Shown here: positions 63,500-64,000 of the stretch, piece after piece
How the letters are laid out: each line of letters begins with the position of its first letter
Numbering within the stretch: position 1 is the stretch's first letter
Assembly: GCA_043289735.1 (NCBI GenBank)
Contig: CP171343.1
Span: forward strand, 797,431-861,430
Length of the DNA: 64,000 nt
Direction of reading: 5' to 3'
Origin: Acetilactobacillus jinshanensis
GTDB lineage: Bacteria; Bacillota; Bacilli; Lactobacillales; Lactobacillaceae
Program-made: the position numbers and the translations under genes
The notes under the pieces: model-generated
What the model was told of the DNA's origin: nothing
The model's database searches: none
The model's input: the letters and a program-made list of their open reading frames with translations, nothing else

Positions 63500-64000
63500 C
63501 TATTCTAAGAAATGCTTAGCTTTATCAATGAAATGATGGGTGGAATTCTTAACAGAGCCAAAGCCCTGGTCAAAGTCAGCAGTAACTTTAGAAGCCTTCT
63601 GCTTAAAGTCGTTCCAGTGACTTGAACTAGTCGAATCGTGTTCACTTACCATCGTCTGAGCATCCTTAACCTTAAACGGCGTTTCCTTAGTGGTCGGGAT
63701 AATTTCTTGCATTTCATTTTTAAATAACGGCCCGATCCCGGTTCCGCTCAGGTTTTCCAAATGCTGATTACGATTGGTATTATCAAAGCCTTCCCAAGTG
63801 GCTAAGACCACGTTCGGGGTATAGCCGACGATCCATTTATCACGGGTCGCGTCACTATCACCGGTGTTATCAGCTTCGGTACTGCCGGTTTTACCTGCGA
63901 CTTGATAACCACTTGGTTTAGCGTCAACTCCGCTACCGTTATCGAAGACGCCTAGCATCATACTGGTCATCTGTTTGGCGGTTCCCGGCGACATCACGTT
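63500..64000 (-). CDS. class A penicillin-binding protein, C-terminal part (gene runs off right edge)
   Basis: The transpeptidase end motif KTGSTE, then RDKWIVGYTPNVV and a Ser/Asp-rich tail. The upstream part is outside the window. Confidence 0.8.
   Translation of the reverse strand, partial: NVMSPGTAKQMTSMMLGVFDNGSGVDAKPSGYQVAGKTGSTEADNTGDSDATRDKWIVGYTPNVVLATWEGFDNTNRNQHLENLSGTGIGPLFKNEMQEIIPTTKETPFKVKDAQTMVSEHDSTSSSHWNDFKQKASKVTADFDQGFGSVKNSTHHFIDKAKHFLE

Noticed and set aside
1-64000. Search for CRISPR repeats, rRNA, IS/transposase, integrase, restriction-modification, toxin-antitoxin or other defence genes
   Set aside because: I found none by eye. Every ORF longer than 100 aa outside 16.7-18.2 kb is assignable to a housekeeping family, and I noticed no periodic direct repeats.

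Overview
This window is a chromosomal core-genome block from a low-GC Firmicute, most likely a member of the Lactobacillaceae. Supporting evidence: gene order follows the Bacillus ylo/yqh/yqg/yqe/ytp/yha clusters, L27 carries a propeptide next to the Prp protease, pheST and thrS have T-box leaders, infC starts on AUU, and there is no dxs next to ispA. I count about 75 protein genes, roughly 90% on the minus strand, plus one tRNA-Arg(UCU).

Intact content:
- Ribosome and translation: rplU-prp-rpmA, rpmG, rpmF, infC-rpmI-rplT, efp, pheS, thrS, fmt, rsmB, rsgA, miaA, trmB, rsfS, yqeH.
- Transcription: rpoZ, nusB, greA, nrdR.
- Envelope: a class B PBP, murC, yidC, prsA, and a partial class A PBP.
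- Metabolism: gmk, ispA, glnA, glcK, udk, nadD, coaE, pyk.

The main finding is gene decay. By my reading, 22 of about 75 genes are interrupted or truncated: priA, coaBC, recN, xseA, folD, 5-FCL, yfhO, mltG, pheT, a TrmH-family methyltransferase, acyP, tmcAL, dnaB (Bacillus-type), polA, a BI-1 family gene, sftA, ecsA, ecsB, yhaN, yhaO and two orphan genes. Three lesion types occur:
- Single-base frameshifts, almost all in the same direction.
- In-frame nonsense codons.
- Deletions of several hundred bp.

Several regulators are also missing from their conserved slots: stp/prkC, argR and glnR.

I saw no rRNA, CRISPR array, transposase/IS or recognisable defence system. The only non-core patch is an AT-rich three-gene cluster at 16.2-18.2 kb: two decayed orphan genes plus a dimeric-dUTPase-like gene with lost acidic residues. 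All family calls come from motif recognition by eye; no database search was run.
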